Positions 24,277 to 32,623 of a stretch of 35,274 nucleotides of DNA are shown here, piece after piece; the stretch's first letter is position 1; each line of letters starts with the position of its first letter. Origin of the DNA: a virus (taxonomy: Duplodnaviria > Caudoviricetes). The notes beneath the pieces are model-generated. The model had not been told where the DNA came from, searched no databases, and saw only the letters and a list, made by a program, of their open reading frames with translations. The DNA is taken from positions 1-35,274 of IMG/VR virus record IMGVR_UViG_3300042924_001089. One strand, given 5' to 3'. Both the position numbers and the translations under genes were made by a program.

Positions 24277-24666
24277 TTAGGATTTAGTGATTGTACCACT
24301 GATTGGCCAAGTTACTGATGCAGTTGCAAGTTCACCAACGGCACCATTTAGTGGTGTCCATTCTGAAACTAGCGCACTGAAACTATATGCAGGTGATGTA
24401 CCAGCTACTGGACGAACAGTAATTGAAACTGCTGTACCAAGAGTTGGATAAATAACTGCTTCTAAAGCTCCTGCAGCATAGTCTTGATTAAACTCAAGAG
24501 CAACACTGTTATCAGCAAGTCCAGCCACACGTGTGCGTGCGGTATTGCCAAAAGCTGTAGTTTCTACAACATCATAAGTAGATCCTAATGTCACAGAAGT
24601 AACATAAGACGAAATATCTGTTGTTCCGAAAGTAACTGCTACGTTAGTTAATACAATACGTGCCAT
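24277..24666 (-). CDS. tail tube protein, paralog 2
   Basis: DVVETTAFG..ARTRVAGL.D, GAVGELATASVTWP. Confidence 0.85.
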   Translation of the reverse strand: MARIVLTNVAVTFGTTDISSYVTSVTLGSTYDVVETTAFGNTARTRVAGLADNSVALEFNQDYAAGALEAVIYPTLGTAVSITVRPVAGTSPAYSFSALVSEWTPLNGAVGELATASVTWPISGTITKS

Positions 24667-25073
24667 TAGATTACCGCCTTAGTTACTTCGCCGCTAATTG
24701 GCCAGGTTACAGATGCAGTTGCTAACTCTCCAACTGCTCCATTTAGTGGAGTCCACTCTGAGACTAAAGCTGTGAATGTGTAAGATGGATTATCTGCTGC
24801 TGTTGTGGCTCCATTTGGCTTAACCACAACTGATGTTGTAGCTCCAAGTAGTGGATAAATTGTTGCCTCAACATTGCTTGTTGCGTAATCTTGATGGAAT
24901 TCAATTGCTACTGAATTATCACCAAGTCCAGCAACACGTGTACGAGCAGTTGAACCGAATGCAGTTGTTTCCACAACGTCATCGTTTGTTGTTAAAGTAA
25001 CACTTGCAATGTGGTCAGAAAGATTGACTGCATTTATAGTGATATATGCGTTTGTAAGAACTAAACGGGCCAT
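24666..25073 (-). CDS. tail tube protein, paralog 1
   Basis: Same motifs as 24277..24666. Confidence 0.85.
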   Translation of the reverse strand: MARLVLTNAYITINAVNLSDHIASVTLTTNDDVVETTAFGSTARTRVAGLGDNSVAIEFHQDYATSNVEATIYPLLGATTSVVVKPNGATTAADNPSYTFTALVSEWTPLNGAVGELATASVTWPISGEVTKAVI

Positions 25074-25249
25074 TATTCGTCCGCTCCTTTTTCTATTACT
25101 GGTTTGGTTGGTGTATTACTTGATAGATGTTCACCCTTGACTAGTGCTTCTGGGTTGCAACCTTCATCAAGCAATTCTTTTTCAGTGACTTGGTCACCTT
25201 TTTTCTTGTTTCCGAATACAAAATTATCGGATTTTATTGTATATGACAT
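25073..25249 (-). CDS. small virion-module protein (58 aa)
   Basis: MSYTIKSDNFVFGNKKKGDQVTEKELL...; TAATG-coupled at both ends; not in ORF track. Confidence 0.75.
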   Translation of the reverse strand: MSYTIKSDNFVFGNKKKGDQVTEKELLDEGCNPEALVKGEHLSSNTPTKPVIEKGADE

Positions 25250-25656
25250 TATGCTCCATCTCCATATATGGTTACTTGGTATCGGTATGATAAATATTCA
25301 ACATCAGCAGCTTGATAAACTCCTGATTGAGCCGCAGTAACTCTAAGCGTATCGACTTCTCCACCGAGAGTACGATCTGATTCAATTGCTGCTTTTATTG
25401 AATAATCTCCTGAACCAGAAAGATATTTATCGAGCTTGTCTTGGCCTGTTCTTTCAGAGAATCTCTGGACAATAACCATTACATCTATGTTTGCCTGATC
25501 TAATCCACGAGCATTATTAAGATCGAATGTAAGATCTAATTGACCAATTATTGCACATGGTGGCACAATTACATCAGGGACTAAATCATAAACTCTAAGT
25601 CCATCTATTTCTTGTAAATTGTTTTTTAATCCTTCTCGGACTTTACTTGGTAGCAT
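25249..25656 (-). CDS. tail terminator / neck protein
   Basis: SIKAAIESDRTLGG motif; position after the head-tail adaptor. Confidence 0.7.
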   Translation of the reverse strand: MLPSKVREGLKNNLQEIDGLRVYDLVPDVIVPPCAIIGQLDLTFDLNNARGLDQANIDVMVIVQRFSERTGQDKLDKYLSGSGDYSIKAAIESDRTLGGEVDTLRVTAAQSGVYQAADVEYLSYRYQVTIYGDGA

Positions 25657-26264
25657 TAGTATGCAACTCCGTTTAACTTCTTAAGTGGACGGATCAATGC
25701 TTCAACATCTGGATCTAATCTAGAGGTTAATCTTACTGTTCCCATATCAACAGAACCGGCAACTCCAAAAGGAGATTGCTTTCGAATAAACAATCTAGAT
25801 GCTTGCAAACGTGCAGCTAAATTGATCTCTGAAGGTACAGCAGACCATCCCCATACTCCTGTTACTTTTACAGTTTGAGGATATAAACGAGGGAAAAGGT
25901 ATCGATCAACGGCTAAAATTCGTGTATAAGGCCAACCTCTACGTGGGTTGTTAATTGGTTCTATCATGTAATCTGTTGCGGACCAAATTGTTGTGTAATT
26001 GCGGTCAAAGTTATCATCTGTTGCAATTTCGCTAAGCGAAATAAAGTCATCTGTATTACAGACCCACCAATCGTTTGGTGTGTAATAACGAACTACAGGT
26101 GCGGCAGTTGTGCCATCTTTGTAAAAAAATCTACCGGTGTAGTCATCAATCATTCTACATGCAGCAGCAATTGCAGCTTCTATAGCTAAATCGTCATTGA
26201 TGTCCTCGATTGCAAGAGCATTCTTCACATCCGACAGGGTGCAATAGGCGTTTGTTAGTGCCAT
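25656..26264 (-). CDS. head-tail adaptor (gp6/gp15-like)
   Basis: YCTLSDVK..L...AACRMIDDYTGR...GWSAVP..I..A. Confidence 0.85.
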   Translation of the reverse strand: MALTNAYCTLSDVKNALAIEDINDDLAIEAAIAAACRMIDDYTGRFFYKDGTTAAPVVRYYTPNDWWVCNTDDFISLSEIATDDNFDRNYTTIWSATDYMIEPINNPRRGWPYTRILAVDRYLFPRLYPQTVKVTGVWGWSAVPSEINLAARLQASRLFIRKQSPFGVAGSVDMGTVRLTSRLDPDVEALIRPLKKLNGVAY

Positions 26265-26352
26265 GCGTTATCCTTTTCTCTAATTTAGGCTGCATTGCTC
26301 GTTCTAAATCGGGCAAAGCTGTTGCTGTTTGTTTTTTCTTAAATATCTTCAT
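26194..26352 (-). CDS. possible small protein (MKIFKKKQTATALP...)
   Basis: Fills the gap between the GT2 and adaptor genes but overlaps both. Confidence 0.4.
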   Translation of the reverse strand: MKIFKKKQTATALPDLERAMQPKLEKRITHGTNKRLLHPVGCEECSCNRGHQ

Positions 26353-27034
26353 TACTTTGCCGTTCAGTATGATGTCCTTCATGTAACCAGTATCTTTTCT
26401 GATGCGGCAATATGGCACCTGTATTGGCATAAATAGGGAAACCTAAATGCTTGATTTTACGGCAGAATAGTAAGTCTTCACTTATCCATTCACCATTTAT
26501 AGGTCCATCCCAAAACCAACACCAGTTTGTGCCTTGGTTTGGATCTGCTGTTTCGCGCATTTTTTCAAGTACACTACGATGGACTAGTATGCAACCAGTA
26601 CCAGCAGCATCAATCTCAAAAATTGCATTACGTTTGTAGTCATTTATAGGCGCAAAGCCTTTAGTAGTATCATTAAAGATCAATGGAACAGGAACAGGAT
26701 ATAAGTTTTCATTTGCATCCCAAGCTGCAAAATAAAGTCCTGCTACAACTGGTCTATCTTTATCGTGAGCAGTTTCAATTAACTTATCAAATGCTTGCAC
26801 ACTTAATTGCTCATCTGTGTCTATCATTAGCAACCAATCAGACTTTGTATTATCTAAAAAAGTTGCAACTACACGATTACGTAACTTACTTAATAAACCA
26901 GATCCTTCAATTCTTATGAATGGACCTAATCTTGAACTTCTAGCTTGTGTCAATTGAATCATTGTATATGCCCAAGCAGCATTAACTGAACCTGGATCAC
27001 ATGCTCCAATTGAAACTTTATGTGACGATTTCAT
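26339..27034 (-). CDS. glycosyltransferase, GT-A fold (GT2-like)
   Basis: RN..V..FL, WLLMIDTD (DxD), GTGCILVHR.V, SEDLLFC; ATG 27034 after GGGGG RBS. Confidence 0.85.
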   Translation of the reverse strand: MKSSHKVSIGACDPGSVNAAWAYTMIQLTQARSSRLGPFIRIEGSGLLSKLRNRVVATFLDNTKSDWLLMIDTDEQLSVQAFDKLIETAHDKDRPVVAGLYFAAWDANENLYPVPVPLIFNDTTKGFAPINDYKRNAIFEIDAAGTGCILVHRSVLEKMRETADPNQGTNWCWFWDGPINGEWISEDLLFCRKIKHLGFPIYANTGAILPHQKRYWLHEGHHTERQSNEDI

Positions 27035-27051
27035 ACTTACCCCCATTAAAG

Positions 27052-27093
27052 GTGTAGAGCCGATAAGTCGGGGGAGTCTTACCGGCTCTACAC
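27052..27093 (-). terminator. hairpin after the capsid gene (weak terminator or stabilizer)
   Basis: GTGTAGAGCCG / CGGCTCTACAC 11-bp stem; only a short T run follows. Confidence 0.6.
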
Positions 27094-27111
27094 TATTGTT
27101 CTAAGCTTTGC

Positions 27112-28455
27112 TTAGAATGTTGGAGCTACCAAACCGGTGCCTGAGATAATCGAGGCAGCTGCTGGGTAACGACCTGCTGAGAAGGCTGCGTAGCCATAAA
27201 CAACAGACTTGATTGTCAAACTACCAGCAGTAGTTGCATCAAAGTTCAATGCAAATGGTGTTCCTGGTTGTTCCCAAAGGTGCATTTCAGGTGCTGCAAC
27301 GCAATAGATCTTGTCTTGATTTGTTGCTGCGCCGAAAGTTGTTCCGACATTTGCATCAGTGATGATTGGAAGACCCATCAATGAGTAACCTGAGTTACCA
27401 TATGATGTTGCTCCTGCACCAGATGCAATTGTGTTCATTGGACCGCCTGCTGTTGGTACAACAAGTGGACGGTTTGATGAATCCACTGCTGCAATTAGAT
27501 AAGCTAAGCGGCGTGGGTGCATGATCCAGTGTGTTGGTTGCTGGAATGCAGTTGTCTGAACTTGCTGTACAGCATCAGCGAGCTTAGGATAAAGAAGCTG
27601 AACTGTTGGAGCAGTAGATGTGTAAGTGATTGCATTTCCACCAGAATTATCAAGACCAAGAACTGTTCCTGATGTGCCATCGCCGTTTAAGCATTGGCTA
27701 TCTAGTGTTGTGTGCCATGAACGAATTAGGTCTGCAAGAATGAATGAATCAATTCCTGTACCGCGCTCGATTGCTTGGCGTGAAATGTCTTGCTGTCCTG
27801 CAACTGTACGCACATTGATAGTCAATAGTGTGTCATCTGCATCAGTGTTTGACACTGCTGAGTTTTGTGTTGCTTGGATTGCAGTTGTTGTACCTGTTGT
27901 CATGCGGCTGATATTTAGTGTCATTCCGCTTGCAGGTAGTGTGTGCTTGTTTGTTGCAGCATCCAAGAATGGACGGCCAGCACGTGCAAATGGTGCAGCT
28001 AGATCTGTTAGGTACTGTGGTACCACAAGACCGTCAAAGTTGCCAGTGGCAACTGCACGATTTTCGACTTTCTCTTCACGCATGTGACGAGCAAGACGCT
28101 CAGATGCAGCAAAGTCATTCTTAAATTGTGCGTTGTACGCATCTTTTACGAATGAAACGTCTGCTTCTGGTGTGTATGTACGAGCTTCAGAGACAACGCG
28201 AGCGCCGCCTACTGGTGTTGCAACTGGTGCAACTGCTGAACGGATTTCTGCAGCCTTAGCGTCTGCATCAGCCTGTGACTTCAGTTTTTCGATTTTTGTA
28301 TCGAGTGAACGTGACTCTTCTACAAGAGCGTCAACCTTCTCGGTCTCCTCTGCAGTAAGGTCGGTACGGTTCTCTTCAGCTACTGCTTCAAGAACTGCAT
28401 CCATTTCTGCCTTAACTGCATCACGGCGCTCGATTACTTTGTCAAGGTATGACAT
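27112..28455 (-). CDS. major capsid protein (HK97 fold, with delta domain)
   Basis: Coiled-coil N-terminus, GLVVPQYL, WIMHPR, LMGLPIITD. Confidence 0.93.
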   Translation of the reverse strand: MSYLDKVIERRDAVKAEMDAVLEAVAEENRTDLTAEETEKVDALVEESRSLDTKIEKLKSQADADAKAAEIRSAVAPVATPVGGARVVSEARTYTPEADVSFVKDAYNAQFKNDFAASERLARHMREEKVENRAVATGNFDGLVVPQYLTDLAAPFARAGRPFLDAATNKHTLPASGMTLNISRMTTGTTTAIQATQNSAVSNTDADDTLLTINVRTVAGQQDISRQAIERGTGIDSFILADLIRSWHTTLDSQCLNGDGTSGTVLGLDNSGGNAITYTSTAPTVQLLYPKLADAVQQVQTTAFQQPTHWIMHPRRLAYLIAAVDSSNRPLVVPTAGGPMNTIASGAGATSYGNSGYSLMGLPIITDANVGTTFGAATNQDKIYCVAAPEMHLWEQPGTPFALNFDATTAGSLTIKSVVYGYAAFSAGRYPAAASIISGTGLVAPTF

Positions 28456-28569
28456 TGTATTCTGCTCCTTATGAGTTTAATCGAGGTGGTGGCGATAAGC
28501 ATCACGGCGCTTTTGGGGTGTGAGTCTCGCTCCGACTTCGGTATCTGTTAACTATTTGCTAACAGAATA

Positions 28570-29535
28570 TTATTTTGTGTTGTTTACTATTGCTTTTGCT
28601 AGACGAAGAGATATAGATCTTGGTACAGAAACTTCTTCTACAAGGTTTTTATCTTCTTCATCTTCCATGTAAGTAGAATCTTCCATGTCGTCTTCGATTT
28701 CAACTTCTTGATTTCCTAGTAATTGAGCCATTAGTTCTACTGACTTCATTACATAGTCATGACCTTCACTCAGGTCTTCAAAAATGCTTTTTAGAACTAG
28801 TAGAGAGTCTCCAGATATTTCTCTTCCTTCTTTGACGGCATCAATAGCATTTTTTAGATGCTCACGAGCTTCGACTGAAGTGGCTGGATAAGCTGGATAA
28901 GTAACTACTGAAACATCACCATCAGCTAACGATACTTCTGTTAAAACACGCATAGTGCGGTCTTCGTTCCACTTTTGTCTAATTACACGGAATGCAAAAC
29001 TCATCTGATCTACATCGCCTCTAGCAATAAGAGCATGTAGATCTCTTGCTTCTTGAGTATCTGCTAATTCAGCATCAAATCTTAATCCAATGTCATCTTC
29101 AGTTAGCGTCATTGTACCATTTTTAGTACGAGCTAATGGAAGTCCTTCATGATTAACTAGTAATCGGACATCAGGTATTTCTGTTAAAGTTTTTCTAAAT
29201 GCACCTTTAGCGATTGTTTCGACGAATGGTAGTGGAACGCTAGGACTATCAAACTTTGCTGCATATCCTGACAAGCGTAGCTTTCCATCGTCATCTGCCC
29301 GAGTTTCAACATCTTGCACAGTATATGTGCGTCGTTCGATTTTTTTCATTTTGCTCCTTGAGTTTACTTCTCCGCCTGGTTCAATATTCTCAGCCAGAGA
29401 TATTGCAATCATTTGGTCGATTGCATCTGTTTTGCTTTGGTGACAACCAATGGTTGTATATGAACCATTTGCTTCTTGTTTTACAGTTGCCCATCCATCA
29501 CAATCGCTTTGTGCTTGAGAAATGTAATATGGCAT
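28570..29535 (-). CDS. HK97-family prohead protease with N-terminal extension
   Basis: GYAAKFDS, LVNHEG, LART, QMSFAF, VSVVTYPAY. Confidence 0.93.
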   Translation of the reverse strand: MPYYISQAQSDCDGWATVKQEANGSYTTIGCHQSKTDAIDQMIAISLAENIEPGGEVNSRSKMKKIERRTYTVQDVETRADDDGKLRLSGYAAKFDSPSVPLPFVETIAKGAFRKTLTEIPDVRLLVNHEGLPLARTKNGTMTLTEDDIGLRFDAELADTQEARDLHALIARGDVDQMSFAFRVIRQKWNEDRTMRVLTEVSLADGDVSVVTYPAYPATSVEAREHLKNAIDAVKEGREISGDSLLVLKSIFEDLSEGHDYVMKSVELMAQLLGNQEVEIEDDMEDSTYMEDEEDKNLVEEVSVPRSISLRLAKAIVNNTK

Positions 29536-30980
29536 TATTCAACCTCGTATGCTGCTTTTGGATCCGCTGGATCGATTGTAGAGATTGGTTGTAATTGATT
29601 TGAAGGTAAACCTGTGTGATTCATATCAGGTAAACCAACAGCATCAATTACTGATTTTGGATCAAAACCTACTTGAATTAACTTGGCTGCAATATCGGCA
29701 CGTAGGTTTAAGCCAACATCTTTTGCATCTGCCGCATCAATATTCTGCAGCGGAACACGGTATTGATCTCCAGACTCTCCAAGAGGTGCAAGATCTTCTA
29801 CATAACGGACATCGTTTAGACTCAAGAAACCTTCGCGTAAACCTTTTGTATAGGCATCGTAGCGTTCTAGTGTTGTTCCACGTAGTAGAGCGTCTAGGTT
29901 AAACTTAATAAATCCATCTGATTCAGGAAGCAATGGTGATAGTGCTTGTTCTAGTCTTTCTAGTAAAGGTCTTAAAGAGTGCTGAACAAATGATAAGTTC
30001 TGAGCTTCAACAGATGCGAATGACATTGCTCCTGCAACAGGATGACCAAGTAAAGATACAGGTACACGAAATAGTCTAGCAATTTCTTCTACACCAAACC
30101 TGCGTACTTCTAGCAATTGTGCATCTGCAGCATTAAGAGTAAGCGGCTTAAATGTTGCGCCGCTAGTTAGAATGCCAAGCTTTCCTGCACGATAAGGTCC
30201 TGTGTGTGACATATTCCAGTTTCGTGCAATGTCAGCGGCTTGCTCTTCAGTCATTTCACCTGGAGATTCAATAACTCCACCAGGATTTGCTGCATTTCCA
30301 AAGTAACTTGCTGCATAAACTTCTGCGGCCATAGCAGAACCTAAAGTAATGCGAGCTGCTGCAATAGGGCCAAGTCCAAGCAATTGTCCAGGTAGTCTAA
30401 ACATAGGAATGTGTAGCATTTCATTCTTTGTTAGCACCATTGTTTTTACTGACATTGGATCAAAAGGTTGTGCATTATCGTAGAACTGGTTTACCGGATC
30501 TTGCGCATTTTGGGCAAGCGTAACTATGTACTCAATCTCGCCCATTGGATCAGGACGACGAATACGAACTTGGAGTGGGTTTATGCAGTAAAGTTCTTGA
30601 ACGTCGCCCAGATCGTCACGTACGGTTAAAATGAATGCATTGCCATGAAGGTTTAGAGAAGAAATTACTTGCTCATAGAACTCTAAACGAGTTGAATCAG
30701 GATTTGGTTTGTTAATCCAAGCAGGCATATCGCCATATACTGATGCATAATTTATTCTAGAACGTCCACGACGGACATAAGCAGAAAGTGGAAGAGAACT
30801 AATAGTGTCACCTAATAGTCGTACGCAAGCATAAACAGTTGACATGCGAATTGCTGTATCAGAGTTTACATCTACTCCAGCTGGAGTTGCATATAGAGCG
30901 CGGCCAGGTAAAAATGGTTCAAGGTACTGATTGTTTGACCTTTTTTCTCCTGCTTTACGCAGTCTATTCGATAGACTCAT
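29535..30980 (-). CDS. portal protein (HK97 family)
   Basis: VYACVRLL...SLPL, LHGNAF, IARLFRVP..LLG, NDVR..EDL.P. Confidence 0.95.
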   Translation of the reverse strand: MSLSNRLRKAGEKRSNNQYLEPFLPGRALYATPAGVDVNSDTAIRMSTVYACVRLLGDTISSLPLSAYVRRGRSRINYASVYGDMPAWINKPNPDSTRLEFYEQVISSLNLHGNAFILTVRDDLGDVQELYCINPLQVRIRRPDPMGEIEYIVTLAQNAQDPVNQFYDNAQPFDPMSVKTMVLTKNEMLHIPMFRLPGQLLGLGPIAAARITLGSAMAAEVYAASYFGNAANPGGVIESPGEMTEEQAADIARNWNMSHTGPYRAGKLGILTSGATFKPLTLNAADAQLLEVRRFGVEEIARLFRVPVSLLGHPVAGAMSFASVEAQNLSFVQHSLRPLLERLEQALSPLLPESDGFIKFNLDALLRGTTLERYDAYTKGLREGFLSLNDVRYVEDLAPLGESGDQYRVPLQNIDAADAKDVGLNLRADIAAKLIQVGFDPKSVIDAVGLPDMNHTGLPSNQLQPISTIDPADPKAAYEVE

Positions 30981-32077
30981 TTATCTGCCTTTTCTGTGCT
31001 TAGTTGATACCAGCCATCGTCCCATAGGGTCAACAACCTTTGAAAGTAATCTTCATACTTAGGTGCAATTGCTTTAAGTGAGTATTTTTCTATTGCTTGT
31101 TTTCTGATAAAATCTCTGTCAAGATCTTTTACATCTTCTGCAGCTTTAATAAAGTCTGCAAGAGATCTACATCTAAAACCAGTAATTCCGTGGATATTAG
31201 TTTCTGTAAAAGCTCCCCAATCGGTTGTGATTGTTGGAGTTCCACAAGTCTGAGCTTCTACTACTATATTTCCAAATGGTTCAATATAAGTAGTTGGAGC
31301 AAACAAAGCAATGGCATTTCCCATTAGTTCTGCTCGCTCTTCAGGACCAATATTGCCTATAAACTCGCCATAACCGGTGCCTCTTTCATCACCTGGACCT
31401 GCCAAAATTAACCTTTTGCCTAATCGTTCACATACTTCTTGAGCAATTCTAAAGCCTTTTCGCTCGATCATGCGTCCAATATAGAAGTAATAGTCACCTT
31501 TGCCTGATCCTTTTGGAAACATTTTAGGCTCGAGGTAACCATTTATAACTGCATCAAAGAATCCACCATCTACTGTGGTTGGATTTTTATGACCTGCATA
31601 GATTGAATGCATCCATGCATAAGACTCAAACACACGGTATCTTGCAAAAGTCCCACCATAACCGATGCCAAACTCTACTGACATATGATCTGGGAAAGCA
31701 TCTGCAATTGGTTTGTGAGCATATCCACCAATAAGACAAATAAAGTCTTTTGGTTGTAGTCTATCGGTCATTTCTTTAATGACATTGCCATTAAACATTT
31801 GCCAATGCGGTAAAGTTGTATCAAATGAAGCTGAAGTATAGTGATTATTACCTACAGCAGCTTGTCTTTCATCTTCTGAAATACAAGTTACTAGTTCTGT
31901 TACAGGTGCTTCATTTTCTGATCCAGCATAAAGAATAACTTCATGGCCAAGATCTGTCATCATGATACAGAAGCGCCTTACCTTTTCGGTGAATGCGCAG
32001 CTTGTAAAGTCTTTTGTTACTTGTGTGTGTGGCAATGCCACAACGTGAAATCTTATTGGTCCCCCGACCTTTTTCAT
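30977..32077 (-). CDS. glycosyltransferase, GT-B fold (GT4-like)
   Basis: GRMIERKG, EPFGNIVVEAQTCGTP (EX7E), G.TGF. Confidence 0.9.
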   Translation of the reverse strand: MKKVGGPIRFHVVALPHTQVTKDFTSCAFTEKVRRFCIMMTDLGHEVILYAGSENEAPVTELVTCISEDERQAAVGNNHYTSASFDTTLPHWQMFNGNVIKEMTDRLQPKDFICLIGGYAHKPIADAFPDHMSVEFGIGYGGTFARYRVFESYAWMHSIYAGHKNPTTVDGGFFDAVINGYLEPKMFPKGSGKGDYYFYIGRMIERKGFRIAQEVCERLGKRLILAGPGDERGTGYGEFIGNIGPEERAELMGNAIALFAPTTYIEPFGNIVVEAQTCGTPTITTDWGAFTETNIHGITGFRCRSLADFIKAAEDVKDLDRDFIRKQAIEKYSLKAIAPKYEDYFQRLLTLWDDGWYQLSTEKADK

Positions 32078-32415
32078 TCTGTTGGCACTTCAACCCAAGA
32101 AAGTGTGTCTTCGTCCCACTTGTAGGGACCGCCCTCCGTTGGCATCGGAGTTGGTGCTTCCCAAAGATAAGTGTCTATATTCTTTGTCCAAGAAGCAAAC
32201 GGTTGCGGTGCTGCAAACCCGACGCCATCAAAGGTGTAACCAATGCCAGCGTAGTTCTTGTGAATTGGAAACTTGCCATTTGAATGAACTCCGCCTTTTG
32301 TATTATATGAGGTTTGAACCCATTCTCCACCTAAGTTTTGTTCACACCAGTCTGGTCCATCAGCAACAATAACTTGTGTGACAATTCCATCTTCTACTTT
32401 TGCATAGTGACCCAT
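32074..32415 (-). CDS. hypothetical protein accompanying the Gly-rich virion protein
   Basis: HYAKVEDGIVTQVIV...QTSYN...NYAGIGYT...W.APTPMP. Confidence 0.75.
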   Translation of the reverse strand: MGHYAKVEDGIVTQVIVADGPDWCEQNLGGEWVQTSYNTKGGVHSNGKFPIHKNYAGIGYTFDGVGFAAPQPFASWTKNIDTYLWEAPTPMPTEGGPYKWDEDTLSWVEVPTE

Positions 32416-32610
32416 TTACTTATCCTTATCTTCGCCGTAAAGAATTACTGTATTTACTAACTTGACATCACGTTTGGTTACAATGCCACCTTTTTCATCA
32501 AGTTGTGACTTAGCTGCTGCTTCATCGTCTGCAATAATATGCACTAACATATTAACTTCATATGAAAAGCATTGAGTCGGTTTGTTTTGTTTGATCTTAG
32601 TTACTGTCAT
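32416..32610 (-). CDS. hypothetical protein (64 aa)
   Basis: GGGGG RBS; contiguous with neighbours. Confidence 0.65.
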   Translation of the reverse strand: MTVTKIKQNKPTQCFSYEVNMLVHIIADDEAAAKSQLDEKGGIVTKRDVKLVNTVILYGEDKDK

Positions 32611-32623
32611 TTTATCCCCCTAG

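Noticed and set aside
27626-28474. Long plus-strand ORFs opposite the capsid gene (similar ones opposite terL, ssb, tape measure and portal)
   Set aside because: Antisense frames left open by codon bias of the real genes; no RBS or motifs
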